A stretch of DNA of 64,000 bases. Source: a virus. Of the stretch, positions 62,596 through 64,000 are shown piece after piece. Below the pieces are notes generated by a model that ran no database searches, was not told where the DNA came from, and saw nothing but the letters and a program-made list of their open reading frames with translations. How positions within the stretch are numbered: position 1 is the stretch's first letter; every line of letters begins with the position of its first letter. The position numbers and the translations under genes were made by a program. The stretch lies in IMG/VR virus record IMGVR_UViG_3300045988_126562. One strand, written 5' to 3'.

Positions 62596-64000
62596 AAAAG
62601 AAAACTGAGGATGAAATGATTGCCTGTATAAATAAGGCAATTACTGAATTAGTTTATCCTAAGTATAAATTACAAAAAGCTTATAACTATTACAATGGTG
62701 TAAGGGATGCTGAGCAATTTAGAGCTTTGGAAGAGAATTTTGGATTAGGTAATCCTACTTCTATAGAGTTTATACCTTTGATAAGGAAACATATAGATGC
62801 CTTAATTGGAGAATATTTAGAAACTCCTATTCTTCCAAAAGTTACTTGCAAAGATACTGGTACACTAACTAATATAGCTAGGGATAAACATCTTAAAATA
62901 GTAAAAGAAGTATTTAATTATTTAAAGGCTCACCTTAATAATTCTATACTAGCTTTTGTAGATGGAAAGAATATAACAGATAAAGCAGTGGAATCTCAAC
63001 TAAAAAAGATAATATCTGATATAGATAAAAATTATATATCAGAGTATGAGATAGCTGCACAAAATGTTTTAGAATATATAATGCAATCCAGAAATACAGA
63101 CTTAACGGAAAAGCTAAAAACTTTATTTAAGGATCTACTTATAACTGGATATGCTTACTATAGAGTAAAACCTTCTCCAGAAGGAAATAATATAGATATA
63201 GAAGTTCTTAATCCGTTAAATGTATTTATAGATAAAAACCCTGAATCTATATACATTAAAAATAGCTATAGAGCTGTAGTAAGAAAATGGCTGTCTAAGA
63301 CTCAAATACTTAATAAGTATGGAGAAATAATGGATAAAGATACTATAAAAGAATTAGAAGATTTATATGAAGGGATATATGATAATTCTACATATTATGT
63401 AAGAACATTTACTAACCAAGCTACTGGATATCCAGCTACAGATGGAATAGATGCAGGACAAGAAATAGTTCCTGGTTTCCCAGCTGATGAATACAGAGTA
63501 ACTAATTATAAACTTATTCCAGTATATGAAGTAGAATGGACTGAAACTAGAAAAGAAGATGGTAAGTTCGTAATGGATAGATATGAAGGAGTTAGGATAG
63601 GAGAAAGTATTTTCATACATTCGGATATATCTCAAAATGTTGTGAGAACTAAAGATAACCCTTCATTTTGTACTTTATCTACTAGTGGTATATATTATTC
63701 TACTAGAAGTGCTGAAGCCTATTCTTTAGTACTAGCTTGTGCTAATCTACAAGATAAGTATGATGTTCTCCACTTCTATAGGGATTCTCTAATTGCTAAT
63801 AGTGGTACTTCTGGAGACTGGCTAGATTTATCTATGCTACCGACTGTTCTTGGGGCAGATGTTCCCGAAAGATTGCAAAAATGGCTGGGATATAAGAAGG
63901 GAGGAGTAGCTTTAATAGACACCTCACAAGAAGGAAGGGCATTTAATAACAATACCTCCTTCGCAGGATTTGATGATACTATTAAAGCCCCAACTATACA
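62592..64000 (+). CDS. portal protein candidate (partial, runs off the window)
   Basis: ATG at 62592 overlaps the upstream TGA. I read no in-frame stop through position 64000, so it is absent from the track only because it is incomplete. Confidence 0.55.
   Translation, partial: MKKKTEDEMIACINKAITELVYPKYKLQKAYNYYNGVRDAEQFRALEENFGLGNPTSIEFIPLIRKHIDALIGEYLETPILPKVTCKDTGTLTNIARDKHLKIVKEVFNYLKAHLNNSILAFVDGKNITDKAVESQLKKIISDIDKNYISEYEIAAQNVLEYIMQSRNTDLTEKLKTLFKDLLITGYAYYRVKPSPEGNNIDIEVLNPLNVFIDKNPESIYIKNSYRAVVRKWLSKTQILNKYGEIMDKDTIKELEDLYEGIYDNSTYYVRTFTNQATGYPATDGIDAGQEIVPGFPADEYRVTNYKLIPVYEVEWTETRKEDGKFVMDRYEGVRIGESIFIHSDISQNVVRTKDNPSFCTLSTSGIYYSTRSAEAYSLVLACANLQDKYDVLHFYRDSLIANSGTSGDWLDLSMLPTVLGADVPERLQKWLGYKKGGVALIDTSQEGRAFNNNTSFAGFDDTIKAPTI

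Noticed and set aside
62592-64000. No track ORF covers the region after 62595, which first suggested stop-codon recoding of the portal gene.
   Set aside because: I read the frame from ATG 62592 and found no TAA, TAG or TGA through 64000. The ORF is missing from the track only because it runs off the window.

Overview
AT-rich window (about 30% G+C in the lines I counted) that reads as part of a large, probably crAss-like, phage of a Bacteroidota host. This is inferred from gene content only, with no database search.

Layout:
- 1-51.5 kb, almost all on the minus strand: an accessory operon (ADP-ribosylglycohydrolase, radical SAM, six tandem paralogs), a replication module (primase, DnaB-like helicase, P-loop ATPase, SF2 helicase, RNase H) and a long accessory region.
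- 51.7-64 kb, mostly plus strand: PD-(D/E)XK nuclease, GroES-like protein, terminase large subunit and the start of a probable portal gene. A minus-strand island at 52.6-55.5 kb holds a transglycosylase.

The unusual part is the RNA content between 16.8 and 50.1 kb, all on the minus strand:
- 29 tRNA or tRNA-like genes covering all 20 amino acids, including an initiator, three CAU tRNAs and an amber-suppressor CUA tRNA.
- A tmRNA gene.
- A tRNA-Leu interrupted by a group I intron that carries an HNH endonuclease.
- A tRNA split by an insertion made of an intact tRNA-Phe plus a second HNH gene.
- Three class II (long variable arm) tRNA scaffolds carrying CCA, UUU and GUU anticodons.
- Eleven copies of a modular RNA unit, each closed by a covarying long-range helix. 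Five of them enclose tRNA-like domains, four of these in circularly permuted arm order.
- Several unassigned structured regions of 150-540 nt.

The densest cluster of permuted tRNA-like units lies just downstream of a helical + vWA(MIDAS) protein with Ro60-like architecture. My lead hypothesis is a phage Ro/Y-RNA(YrlA)-like system set inside a translation-manipulation island.

Limits: RNA ends are hand-derived and good to about +/-2 nt. All protein calls rest on motifs read by eye.
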